From: Pecten maximus
Taxonomy: Eukaryota
Direction: 5' to 3'
DNA: 64,000 nt
Assembly (NCBI RefSeq): GCF_902652985.1
Contig: NC_047029.1
Coordinates: 34,658,001-34,722,000 of the forward strand
The translations under genes and the position numbers were made by a program. Positions 39,901 through 52,055 of this stretch are shown here, piece by piece; positions within the stretch are counted from its first letter, which is position 1, and every line of letters starts with the position of its first letter. The notes under the pieces were generated by a model. The model ran no database searches. It was not told where the DNA came from and was given only the letters and a program-made list of their open reading frames with translations.

Positions 39901-42900
39901 AGTCTTTATAAACAACTTGGCTCTTTAGTAAGGACAAAAATGGTGGATTTTGATGTTTTTCAGTTAGACAATGAATATTTCACTGTTACAGGACCGAACG
40001 GTAAGCATTTTAAGCACGTGAATATTGGCATCATATACAACCGTGGATACGGACGCCGAGGACAGTGAAGTTCATACGTCCTTATAAACATCATTTCTAA
40101 ACGACATATACTCCTATAATTTTATTGTCCTTTGAAATCCTCCACGTGTGATATCGGAAATCCTTTATGTATCAGTTTAATTAACGACGAAATCCTATCC
40201 TACTTTATCTTACTTCTAGATACACAGGGATGGTACCGAAATGTTGATTATGAAGTGGAAATCACACGCTCAATTTAATACCCTTGTTGAGGTCTTCTGT
40301 CCATTTCCGAATGTACTGAGCGATCCGGATAAGGACGGATTCGCCTACAGATGGTCAGTCACGGTCAGCAATGACGGTCACCACACCGGACAGGTGTCGG
40401 ACCTGATAGTCTATAACGGAATATGCCAAAATGTCGTGAAAAATGAGGACACATCGTCAGTTCAGTTGAAAGTATGTACAACCCTTGTGAATGTTAACTT
40501 AACATCGTAAATGGTATTTCATGCCTCAGGTAAATGAAGTCAACAAAGAATCATCTTTGAAATAAAAAAAAAATCACAAATATGTACAACCTAGCATTCA
40601 CGGATTTCTCTTATGAAATTTAACAAATCTTGCAAATTTCTCGTATCAAAAGCAAAACAAATATCAGTATTATAATCAAACAAAATCTCCCATCTGGAAG
40701 TTTGATATCAGTCAATCTCAGTAGCTTATTGATACTTAAAGGGAAACTAATATGAAGACTTATAGCCTGTCAGTATATCATTTCAATGTCTTGTGGAGAC
40801 ATCTTCATGTCTTTTTGGAGGTTTTTATTTGGTTAACCCCACACTGGCTTATTATTTTATGTTAAAGTGATATTTTCTATGTATTTGGTATATAGAAGTA
40901 ATTTCAGTATCATTTATTACAGTTTTTAGTAATTAATGAATGTTTTGTCACCCTCTGTGAGGGTTGCCTTATTAATTCAATACAGTTGTCGAGTTGTATC
41001 TAGTGTGTAGATGCATAAATAATATTACCAAATGATTCCATTGCCCAAAAAGCGTGCGTGATATAGTTTTCATATCTATATATTTATATAATTTCATATT
41101 TCTTTAGGACAACTTCTGCTTCATCAATGGCATCTGTGTACCAGAGGGAATTACAAATTCATCGGATTTATGTCAGATATGCCAGATAACTGACCAGATG
41201 TCCAGATTTCAATGGAGCAGAAATCCAGGTACTCGTGTGTATATGTATATATATATCTGTGCATCGAGCATCGTGCAGGGTATGGATGACAATTGTCTTT
41301 CTTCGTCATGTGTCAGGGATTTTTCTACTATAGAAACAGAGTCCGTTAAAAGGACCCACTCCCCAAAAAATTCTTGTGAAAATTCCTACACACAATTTGC
41401 CAATAAAAAATGCCCAATTTTGAAGTAACTTTTGAACGATTAAGTATGCTTTATATACAAAGACCTATACTAAGGCAATTTCGAAAAATAAAAAAAAACA
41501 GCCACAGATAACAAAATGAAATCAAAAATGATAAAAAGGCAACATTCATCAACGAAAAACTGAAATTTGTATGAATTTCACTATTTTTTTGTTTTTCCCA
41601 ATACCACATTTTTTCGCGTAGAAATTCCCAATTCAATGGACCCTGGACCCAGTTGAAAAATTGTAGGAAAATGAACTGATTTCTTTCTTTTATCTTCTTC
41701 CTATGATTGCATTGCCTTCCTACATGTAAATCGACATACATAGACTGCTCTTATATCCCAACAGGAATCGGCGACTGTGCTGAAAAACAAACTACTACCC
41801 CTACGTTGGTACTGGTTAATAAAACATGTAAGTTTTGAAGTAAAATTAAACTTCACATCATGTTCATTCTTCGCAGAGAAATCTGATTAATCTATGGCAG
41901 ATTTTAGTTTTAAATAGTGTACATAGTGATACGGCCGACTTCTAGCTTCGGGCTAGGGGGCTTTTCTCTAACGACATTTGGAAGAGTAGGTGACCAGTAA
42001 GGCGAGGGTCAAGAGTTCGATCCCCAGTGACAAATCAAATACCTTGTGTATTACTTGGACTTATGACATAATCCCTAAAACTTATTGTCGTCTGCAATTC
42101 CGGCGAGATTTACAGTATAAATATACTTTAATATCAATCTTTCATTTATAATGAAATATGCATGTATTTCTTCGATAGAATTTAGAATAAGTAAATTATA
42201 TATTTGCACGTTTGCATTGCTATTTGAACCTTTGTTTTTACTTTCATGTATAAATTATACGATTAATGACTTGATACAGTAGTATACGTTCACTATCTAT
42301 GTTAAAACGAGGCCAACGCAGTCCTATACCCAGTCAGAATTATTAGTTATTTCTTTTATTATAAGTATCTACGTGCATTTAATTTCCCCTCGTTATTACT
42401 TAAACTAATTATTTCACTATTCGTTTTAAAGCTTTGCCACCAAAGTTTGAGATCCAGAAACCTTCCGTGAATGTTTCACTCGTCGACAAACTAAGCCCAG
42501 TGTTTAACATTAACGTTCAAAGTTTAGAATTCGTGTGTGACTTTACCTTATTGAGTGAGGACGTCCTTTACCAAGTTATATGGTATATAGACGGGAAGGA
42601 AATCAATGAAACCAAGATTGCCAACGGAACGGAAGTTGATAATTTGGTTTTGGAAGAACGAACGGGCCAACTGGAAAAACTGGGAGTCCATGTAAATATT
42701 AAAGTTTGCTACAATTTCTGACAAACTTTCCCAAATTTATTTTCTTATACACTGTCCTGAGCACACAATGAGTAATCACACAAAGGAAAAAAATAATAAT
42801 GTCAAGCTTTTTAATTTCTTGTTTGTTTCCATGGAACTTTAATGAACGAGCGGCCGCATCAAAACGGTTTTAAATTCATTAGTAAGCATTTAAACTCGAA

Positions 42901-45900
42901 TATATAAAGAACTATTTAGGGAATACCCTAATCGCAAGAAATAAATGAACAAATGATTAACGAAAACTATATTTTTCCTCCTAACTAATTAATTTTACTT
43001 CGTAGGTGACGTGTGCTGTGAGAGCACTTCCAACAAATGGCTTGCCTGGAAAACTGTCTCCAAGAAGTGACCCATTCTATGCTGGGATTGCGGTAAGTAC
43101 ATATAATATATATATATAGTATAACAGTTATGTAACTAATCATTAATTTAATCAGTATTGTGGGCCCAAATAGAAGTTATGTAACAAAATATGAACTTAT
43201 ATAAACAATATTGTTGGCCCAGATAGAGGTTATGTAACAAAATATGAATCTAAATAAACAATATTATTGGTCAAGATGGAAGTTATACAACAAATTATTA
43301 ACTTATATAAACAATATTGTTGGCCAAGATTGAAGTGCACGGAGTTTCATCACAAGTGTTCTTGCATGCTGTAGGATCAAATCACGATTGACCGTTAAGT
43401 TGAAATTGGGCACTTTCTTTCGAAGGTGCATCACTGGAAAGATATAAAGAGTGGCCAATATTATGGGTAATTGATGTAAAAACCTAATGTTTATTTGGAA
43501 GTTAAATAATCACAATAATTAATTCTAAATAATTGTTGTGTTTATCCAGACTACACCTTCCGTAACCTTGTACAGAGACAAAGCCACTGCATTCATTGTT
43601 GTCAAACCTACGGTTCCCATTGGCTGCCCGGCATTATATCAAGATGGCTGTGAGGTTGTAGTAGAACTGATTCTTCCCGAGACATATAAATGTAGGTAAG
43701 AAACAGCAAATATATAGGTTGGAGCCCGCTTGTACTGGTAAGTATGTGCAAAAGGCATCACACTGTTAGCAAGGTAGATACATGTATATGAATTGAATCT
43801 TTTCCCTGAACTTGTAAAGAAAACGTATAGCATTGGAATCTCAGTATGTTCAGAAACACGTGATTCTCTCATTTCCTATTTTATTGCGGGTGATGAACTT
43901 GCATGCTTTCTTCTGTACACTTGAGGTGATTTCTTATAGAACAAAATTGTTCCGGCGTTGTCTCTGGGCGATGACAGTATGGAGCTTATCATATATTGTC
44001 TTACTTTGATAAATCGATTGGTCATTTTGATAGTAACCTGAAACAAGGCAACCGTCATTTTTTCTCAAAAAATATCTTCAGGTATTCATTAAATCATGAA
44101 TATATTGCCAAAGTGTTAGGCATTTAGAGTTAAATTTTCGAACAGGAACCTGATCTAAATTGCAAGTGTAATTGTTTCATGCATGTTTAATATGGAGGGT
44201 ATTAAATTTGACGAAGTGTAGAGATAAACTCTGGAGCAAAGATGGAACCAGTTAATTTATACTCATGTAGAGGCAGTGTAGGGGCCATTCTGCCTGTCGG
44301 GGCCCAGACATGTGGTAAACACATCCGCCATGACGAGTGGGATCAAGAACACAAGATCTACATCGCTTGGTTGGATGACCAGACATATAACGGACATCCG
44401 GACAGTTACAGAGTTAATCTTCGTACGGCTGTCAACAACTACAATCCGATCTGGAGTAATGTCGCACTTGATGACGTCAACGTATGTATAGATCATTGTC
44501 ATTCAAATAATGTTATAAAACTCATAGACATGTAAAACGGTTGTGAATGTACATTGATGACGTTTACAAAAGTCTAGATAACACGTATAATCAGGAACGA
44601 TGACATTAATCAGTACAGCTTTGATAGAGAAAGCAATATTGTTTGGTATTATTGTCTAAACGTTCTTTTAGTTTGTAACACACGATTGGAGTAACCATAG
44701 CCACTTCTTTCATTTTAAACTAAACTTGAGTTTACCAATAAATATTTACTAACTTAAGATATCCACTTACACAGAATGGTAAATAAACATTGTGTAATGC
44801 ATGGCCTGTTGTATATCTTACCTAAGGTTGTTATGGATGATAACACTAGGATCTGGAAGGGAAAGGAATGCCATGCCATATGTGACCCCCATATGAAAAC
44901 GTTCGACGGCAGGTATCGTATCAATATCTTTTCAGGTCATCTGACCCAAAAGGGCAGGATGACCTATAGCTATCGTATTTCGTCCGTCGTCGCGCGCCGT
45001 GCTTAAGATTTTTTATTCCAAAACGCTACTTCTTCTTAACCCCAAGGCGGATTACTTCCAAAGGTTGAAAGCATCATTGGGGGAGTGCAATTATACTTTA
45101 CATAAATAAGACTGATCCAACACCTGAGGACAGAGGGGCGGGGCCCAATAAGGGGAACTTTGATGAAATTTTACTTTAAAACCATATTCCTTCTTAACCT
45201 TTGGGTAGATTACAACCAAATTTAATGTGAAGCATCATTAGGGGAGGGCAATACTATTTGATACAAATGAGGCTGGTCCGACCACAAGTGATAGATGTGA
45301 GGGGCCCAAAAAGTTAAAAGCTAAAAGTTTGCTTTAAAACGCTGATCCTCCTTAATTCATGGTTGGATTACATCCAAATTCGTTGTGAAATATCATTGGG
45401 GTTGGACAATCTATTTGATATAAATGATGCTAGTATGACCCATAGAGCCCGATTGAGGGGTTCAAAAAGGGGAAGTTATGTGACAATTTGCTTTATACTT
45501 TACTCCGCCATATCCCTTGTGTGAATTATATCCAAATTAAATCTAAAACATTGTTTATGGAGGGCAATCATAGTTGATATAAATGAGGCTAGTGTGACCC
45601 CTGAGGACAAAGGAATGAGGCCCCAAAGAGGAACTTAGTCGAAATTTTGCTTTAAAACGCTACCCCTCCTTAATGACATAATGAAGTGCAAACAAATTTG
45701 GTTTGAAACATTATAACATCATAAGTTATATAAAAGAGTCAGTTCCGATCTCTGGGAAAAAAGGGCGGGGTCCCCAAATGGAGAAATATTGCTTTAATTC
45801 GCTGCTGCTTTTCCTTAATGTCCTAATTGATTACAACCTAATTAATATACATGCGGCTTGTCCGACCCATGGGGGGAAAAGGGGCATGGCCCCAAAATGG

Positions 45901-48900
45901 GAACTTGGCTGAGAATTTGCTTCAAAATGCTACTCCTCCTTTAAGGCAAAATGGATAAAAAGCAAATTTCATCTGAAACAACCGCCCACGAACAGAGAAT
46001 TTATGGTAATGATGTTGTATTGAGGGGCGTGTCCCTCCCGTATGTGTTTGTTAGATGACCGTTTAGACCCTCTTGTTTGTTTTATGAACTGAGTTGCCTG
46101 TTTGTTAATTGTCACTGGATTTGTATGCTGTCAATATTTGTTTTCCGTTTTTGTTAATCACAAATCAACCGCTATTAACATTACATCCCAGCATACTTAT
46201 GGAAGGAAGCCTGAACTTAACTTGAAGTTATATGTTACATACAAGTACTAATTTTCACAATCTTTTCAGGAACTACGAGAATCAAAATGATGGAACTTTC
46301 ATCTTTTTTGAAAACGACGATCCCAGTAGAAAAGTTGAGGTAATGTTTGTCTAACATCAATGAGGATATAATACAGCAATGCATTAATAAAGCACTGAAG
46401 CCGTAGCATTTAAATCATATCAATAGAGAATATCAAATATCAGAGCTATAAGAGCTATGGCATTAATTTGTGTTACAAACGTCATACATTGTGTATGTTT
46501 TGTGTCGAACAGGTGCAAATGAAGGTAACACGGTGTACCCTTCGGCTCACGTGTTTTGTGTGTGCGCCATTGCAGTACGGGCAGGTGGAGACGTCTTCGT
46601 CATAGACCGGTGTCCTGGAATATATCGCAACATATTCGAGTTCCGCTCATGTGAAGACCACATTCTGGACGTCAGAAAAATCAACGAAAATATGTACAAA
46701 GTACTGTCATACACCAATAGCAATCGTTTATAATCCAAATGTTATTCTTCGTTCGACTGGCTATTTATCCATTTCTTATAAAGCAAGTCGTTTTCTCTTT
46801 AGTACAATTCATCAAGAACATTTCTACAGAAATCTATGTATGTAAATCCATTGCCAATAACATAATGAACTAAATAGATTTGCATTTCTTCTCAGATATA
46901 CTTACCTAGCGGCACCTACCTGAGCGCTTACCTGTATCAGTATGTCATGGACTTACACATGTATCCGTCCGCTGCCGACACCTTTCATACACGCGGGCTA
47001 TGTGGGACGCTAAATGGACGAACGGACGATGATTTTACCAAATCTGATGGGCAAATAACAACCGATAATAATGTCTTCGCCACCTCGTGGAGGTAATGTA
47101 TTTACACTTATCAATATTTCGACGTCGGATATAGAGCCCCACCAATAGTCAAAAAGTTAATGAAAGATATTAACTCTGTAGTAGTGATCAATGAAACCGG
47201 TATGTTCCATTCGATGAATTAAAAACGGCTGATTTTCTATTCAGTGAAAGGTGGAGTAGAAGTAGTTTTTGTACTGTGTACTTGTTTGATAACGGTAATC
47301 TACTTCTGTTTGTTAGAGTCACTGAGCAGGACGATAACCTCATTACTATGTCTGCTGATGCTCTGGAAAAGTTGCCTTCGTGGAATTTGACAGAGAATAC
47401 CCAGTTCTGCACGTGTAACGGTCCGTCACGTAATATTTCCTGTACACGTGGTGCTATCGCAACTTGTGTTAGGGAGGACGAAACACCTGTGGTTAAACAG
47501 AATAAATGTAAGGTCAGGAGGTCTAGGTCATTGCGCCCGATTTCTCTAATGCCCAACACTACCCAACCCACCATGGTAAGTACACTGCGAAAAGAAAGGT
47601 TGTGTAACGGTCCCTCTGTACAACAGTACACACATTATTGAGGATAATAATACACATACATGAAACCGTATGCTATTATTGTCAATATAATCAAATTTGT
47701 CTCTTGACAAGCATTTCCCTTGGCTTATGTTATGAGCCAAAAACGTAAAAATGACGTCGGGGTTTGTAACTGTGATTTGATTGACAGATTCAGTGGCGAA
47801 ATAAGTTCTAAGAGCGAAGAATCCATCACCAGAGGTGGATTTTTACGGGGTTCGTTTAAAATAGATAAAATGTTACGGATTTGAGCAAAGAAGAGTGCAC
47901 TCCGTCATTTTATTGCGTGTATTATGGCGTCATAACATAAGTAATATTTAACCTTAAATTACTTACTGATATTGAATATAAATAGGTAAATTTGTACTTG
48001 TCGACAATCTATAATGGATTTTTAATACTATCATTAGTATTTAATAAATCGGAACTAGCTTGTTTCCTGTAAAGGTCAATGCACATTTATGTTTTATAGA
48101 CGGGTCCTCCAAAGCAGATATGGAATAAAACCACAGCAACATATTACTGTGATAAATTCCTCAAGGAATCATCATCGTTTGACGCCTGTGCCAAACAAAT
48201 TCCAGCCACAGACCCAGACAACGCGATGGACACGTGCGTCCTTGATATTATGGTTTGTAGATTTGTGTCGTTGTTGATAGAAATTTAATAAAATAACATC
48301 AATCTGATGTATCAACGCCTACATCAATCCTTTCGAGTCTTTAAATATATTGAAATCCAATTTTCTGGATTTTTTTTCTTTGGAATGCATGGGCAGTTAC
48401 AATTACGACACTTTGACAACTTTACTCAGGGCTGCTTTGTGATAACCAGTATCATAGTAGACTAACCATATTAAGAAGACATGTCTACATTGCATTTAGC
48501 TACATGTATCAAGCTAACTGAAACTGTATTGAGAGACGCCCCGCCCATGTTCCGAAATACATGTACCTGGTTTGATTATAAGCTGAATAGTCCTATGTAG
48601 ATGAATAAAGTCAAGTCAGCAGGGACTAACAAATATGTCCTCATTCAGTCCCTCATGAATAAAACAAATCCGTCCCCCTTTATGATATACCTTTGACCTT
48701 GACCGATAGATACAAACTATGTTCGAGTGTAGAACTTGATGCTGCACGATATTATGATGTAAACATTGATTTAATCTGTCCAGGGGTTCATACAATATCT
48801 TTTATGTCAGCTATCACGGACGGACGTACAGACGCACGGACGAAGTGATTATTATTTACCAACTTTACTAAGTAGGGGTGTAACTATAGTACATGTACTA

Positions 48901-51900
48901 TCGGCCTATTTCTAATTACGTCTCCGTAAATACGCAAATATCACATACATGTATAGTGATTGTGATAACACTTCTTAACGTTACGAAGGCAATTTATGAA
49001 TAAACAAATAACTTTAGGGGAATGCCATATTAATGTCTGATCTTAACATCGAGTATGAAATTCCATTTTCTCTTTTTCAACGAAAGAATCAAATGTGTTT
49101 GTATGTGTTAATTGAATTTTAACTCTCTATACTTAAAATGAACATGTAGGCTACCCAGACAACAATGTGGGCTTCATCTGCGCGGGAATCATTAAAGTCC
49201 GTCTGTATGAAGGAGTTAAAACAGAACACTACGTACCACGAGGATGAAGCTGGTGACAAACGTTCCATTGCCCAGCAAATCAAGGAGATCACGTGTCCTA
49301 ACGAATGTACTGGACATGGTCAGTGTAGTTACGGTAAGATTTGTTCATATTATTAACGGCTAATTAACACAGAAATGGTCATTAGGGTCGATAAATGGTG
49401 AGTAGTAAGGGTAGGTAACGTCTCCGTCATACTTGTATATATATACATGTAACATCTTAATATGTTGATATCTCCTAGATATACATAATATGTTACTTTG
49501 TTACATATATATACAGTAATATGTTCCCATGCTACAGATTATATTATAATGTTAACATTTAACATAATGCATTATAAAATATAATCTGTTGGTATATATT
49601 ATATATACTATGACGCCATGTTTACTTTATTACTAGTACTGCTGCACAATAGCTAATATAATAGGAGATTGGTGTGGTTATTTGAAGCATATATTTCAAG
49701 AATGTAAACAAAAAGTTATCCAATTCCATAAATATTCTGTAACACCTATGAATTCACCATAAAATATATTCAACAGGAATTTACCATCAATCTAGAGTTA
49801 GTATCACCATCGTCAAATATGAAACCAGGAAAAGAACTGAAAATATTGAAAATGTATTAAATACTTCTTGTTTGTTTGTAGGTACTTGTGTGTGCGATAC
49901 AAATTTCGGTGCTGCTGACTGCTCCATAGACATTCGTCAACCCCCTCGTATGTACGGTATTAACCTTGACACCAACGGTACATGCGATCTGAATACATGT
50001 CAGACGGCCATTGTGGAAGGAGAGACGTTCATCGATACCCTCAACCTTACCTGTCATAATACCTTATATCAGGTGAAATCTACATTTTGTTTTTAGTTCC
50101 GTTAGTTGCTTACACTTTACAAGTTTTATGTGTATTGCTACCTTTGCACGTAAAAACACTGGACAATAGAAAACGTATTAATATATTATGGATTAATCAA
50201 TAAAATAAGTATTTTCGTTCAAAAATGCTTTATCACGTGAAATCTTCTAAAAAAACAAACGCATACGCCGATTTCTCATAAAACAAATCCACCCAAGCAC
50301 GTGCAATTGTTTTGTAGGTCTTCATTTTATGGTCAATTTCTATTAGGTCAAATACAGAATATAACATTTATCATTAATCTAGCATCATTTACAACAAAGG
50401 TAATAATTTTGATGTATTGTTTTCAGTTTGACCCCAGAACATAAATCTTTCACCGTCCTGAAAACACTTTTCAAACATATGAATACGGCACGTCGTGCAC
50501 ACTAAGCTTGTCCTCAGGGACGTATCATCCTTTGAATGTCTTCACGTGTAGTATAGGGAATCCTTAATGTATGTTTAAATGTATTCTATTTTTAGATACA
50601 CAGGGATGGCACCGAAATGTTGATTATGAAGTGGAAATCACACGCCCAATTCAATACCCTTGTGGAGGTCTTCTGTCCATTTCCGAATGTACTGAGCGAT
50701 CCGGATAAGGACGGATTCGCCTACAGATGGTCAGTCACGGTCAGCAATGACGGTCACCACCCAGGACAGGTGTCGGACCTGATAGTCTATAACGGAATAT
50801 GCCAAAATGTCGTGCAAAATGAGAACACATCGTCAGTTCTGTTGGAAGTATGCATCATACCAGTGTTTCTGATATGCCTGTTATTCAATATTGTCTGTAA
50901 GAATCGTCTTCGAAATTTAGAAAATTACAAATGTGTGCTGCCAAGCATACACGGATTCTTATTGATCAAAACTTGACTAAATGTATTTCTAGTATAAAAA
51001 CAAAACAATGTATTCAAATAAATCATTGAAGACACAAGAGGCTCAGTATCACTTATCTTGATATTTTAGTGAATGTACATGTTTTACAAATACGTTTTGT
51101 ATTTTGGTTTTGCCTCCGAGTACCATACATTGCACTCAACATTTTTATTCAGCTAATATTCAATTTTGGTTCCAAACAATATAAAATGTAAATCAAGTTG
51201 GCTAACACTCAACACTCTACCTCGAGGTGGGGTTGTTCATGTTATCCCAGACTTAATTTGATACAAATCCTTTTATCCATACAGAAAAAAGGTTTTAAAA
51301 AAATCCTTTTTAATATTCATCAAGGGAGACCTTGTTGATACTTTGCTTCCTTCACCATGTAATCCTACAAACCGCATTGGATTGAAATCCACCGATCAGG
51401 TCGTTTAGAAGACAAAATTCTTCCTATTGCCTTCGCTATAACTATAACTTGTTTTTAAAGTGTCAATGTTCACTTTGATTTTATAAACCTACAATATTTC
51501 AATATTGTTTCCATTTTAATGAACACGATATCTAATTTGACTGTTATTCTCATATGATCCCATTGGCGTCCGTGAATAACAGTTAATGCCTCATGAATTT
51601 TTCTGCTTTATATGTCGATGTTTCCTATTGTTTGAAAATTTTCCTTAATTTGGTTTGATTTTTTTTTATCTCTAACATCCCGTTATTGAAAGACATTTCG
51701 TATTTCTTTAAGGACAACTTTTGCTTCATCAATGGCTTCTGTGTACAAGAGGGAAATACCAAGTCATCGGATTCGTGCTGGATATGCCAGATAACTGACC
51801 AGGGGTCAATATTTCAATGGAGCAGAAATCCAGGTAATTATAATTAGTTTTGAATCCTGGTCAGGACAGTAAAATGTCGCCTTCGTCATGTCTTTATATC

Positions 51901-52055
51901 TCGAAGGAATTACTATCGTTACTGCGATTTCTTTTTCTTATCGAACTTCTTTTTAGATCCCTTTATACTGATTTGTTCTGTTATCTCCATAGGAATCGAC
52001 AACTGTGCCGACAAACAAACGAACACCTCTACATTGGTACAGATGAATGAAACAC
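21193..52055 (+). CDS. von Willebrand factor D and EGF domain-containing (VWDE-like) extracellular protein: D8C domain plus three tandem 15-exon modules; first and last exons not securely identified
   Basis: The exon chain has no terminal exon, signal-peptide exon or second D8C between modules. The VWD start (CHAICDPHMKTFDG), VWD end (TRGLCGTLNG...FATSWR), a C8-like Cys cluster and an EGF repeat ([28 protein letters not shown]) are recognisable. Only module 2 is fully intact as assembled. Confidence 0.8.
23517..23616. other. Assembly gap (100 N placeholder)
   Basis: Run of exactly 100 N; true size unknown. Expected to hide module-1 exons 1-2. Confidence 0.99.
23735..31170 (+). pseudogene. 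VWDE-like module copy 1, disrupted as assembled
   Basis: Exons 23735-23880, 24439-24649, 24995-25080, 26438-26503 (4 nt shorter than copy 2), partial 26585-26721, 27626-27809, 28766-28956, 29578-29830 (+1 T near 29675), 30468-30588 and 31108-31170. Module exons 7-9 are absent; exons 1-2 are presumably in the N gap. The lesions may be assembly errors. Confidence 0.55.
25101..26244. mobile_element. HINE-like element in the VWDE module intron 5 (copy 1)
   Basis: 5' hairpin AGGTCATCTG...CAGGATGACCT, a CGTCCGTCGTCG tract, degenerate about 150-160 bp core repeats (TTTGCTTTAAAACGCTAC), and a 3' AGATGACC...CTCTTGT end. Confidence 0.7.
31775..41827 (+). CDS. VWDE-like module copy 2, intact (15 exons, 2481 nt = 827 codons)
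   Basis: Exons 31775-32034, 32349-32435, 32819-32964, 33540-33750, 34096-34181, 35538-35607, 35766-35954, 36150-36358, 36486-36744, 37205-37357, 38290-38473, 39430-39620, 40220-40471, 41108-41228 and 41765-41827. All GT-AG, open frame, phase 1 at both ends. Confidence 0.85.
34202..35344. mobile_element. Same HINE-like element, module copy 2
   Basis: Near-identical to 25101-26244. Confidence 0.7.
42432..52055 (+). CDS. VWDE-like module copy 3 (15 exons; 1-nt deletion in exon 7)
   Basis: Exons 42432-42691, 43006-43092, 43550-43695, 44271-44481, 44827-44912, 46270-46339, 46513-46700 (188 nt vs 189 in copy 2), 46896-47092, 47317-47575, 48100-48252, 49150-49333, 49882-50072, 50596-50847, 51713-51833 and 51993-52055. 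Confidence 0.78.
44933..46075. mobile_element. Same HINE-like element, module copy 3
   Basis: Near-identical to 25101-26244. Confidence 0.7.

Noticed and set aside
31775-52055. Separate tandem VWDE paralog genes
   Set aside because: No start or terminal exons and no D8C between units; the unit boundaries are in-frame phase-1 introns.
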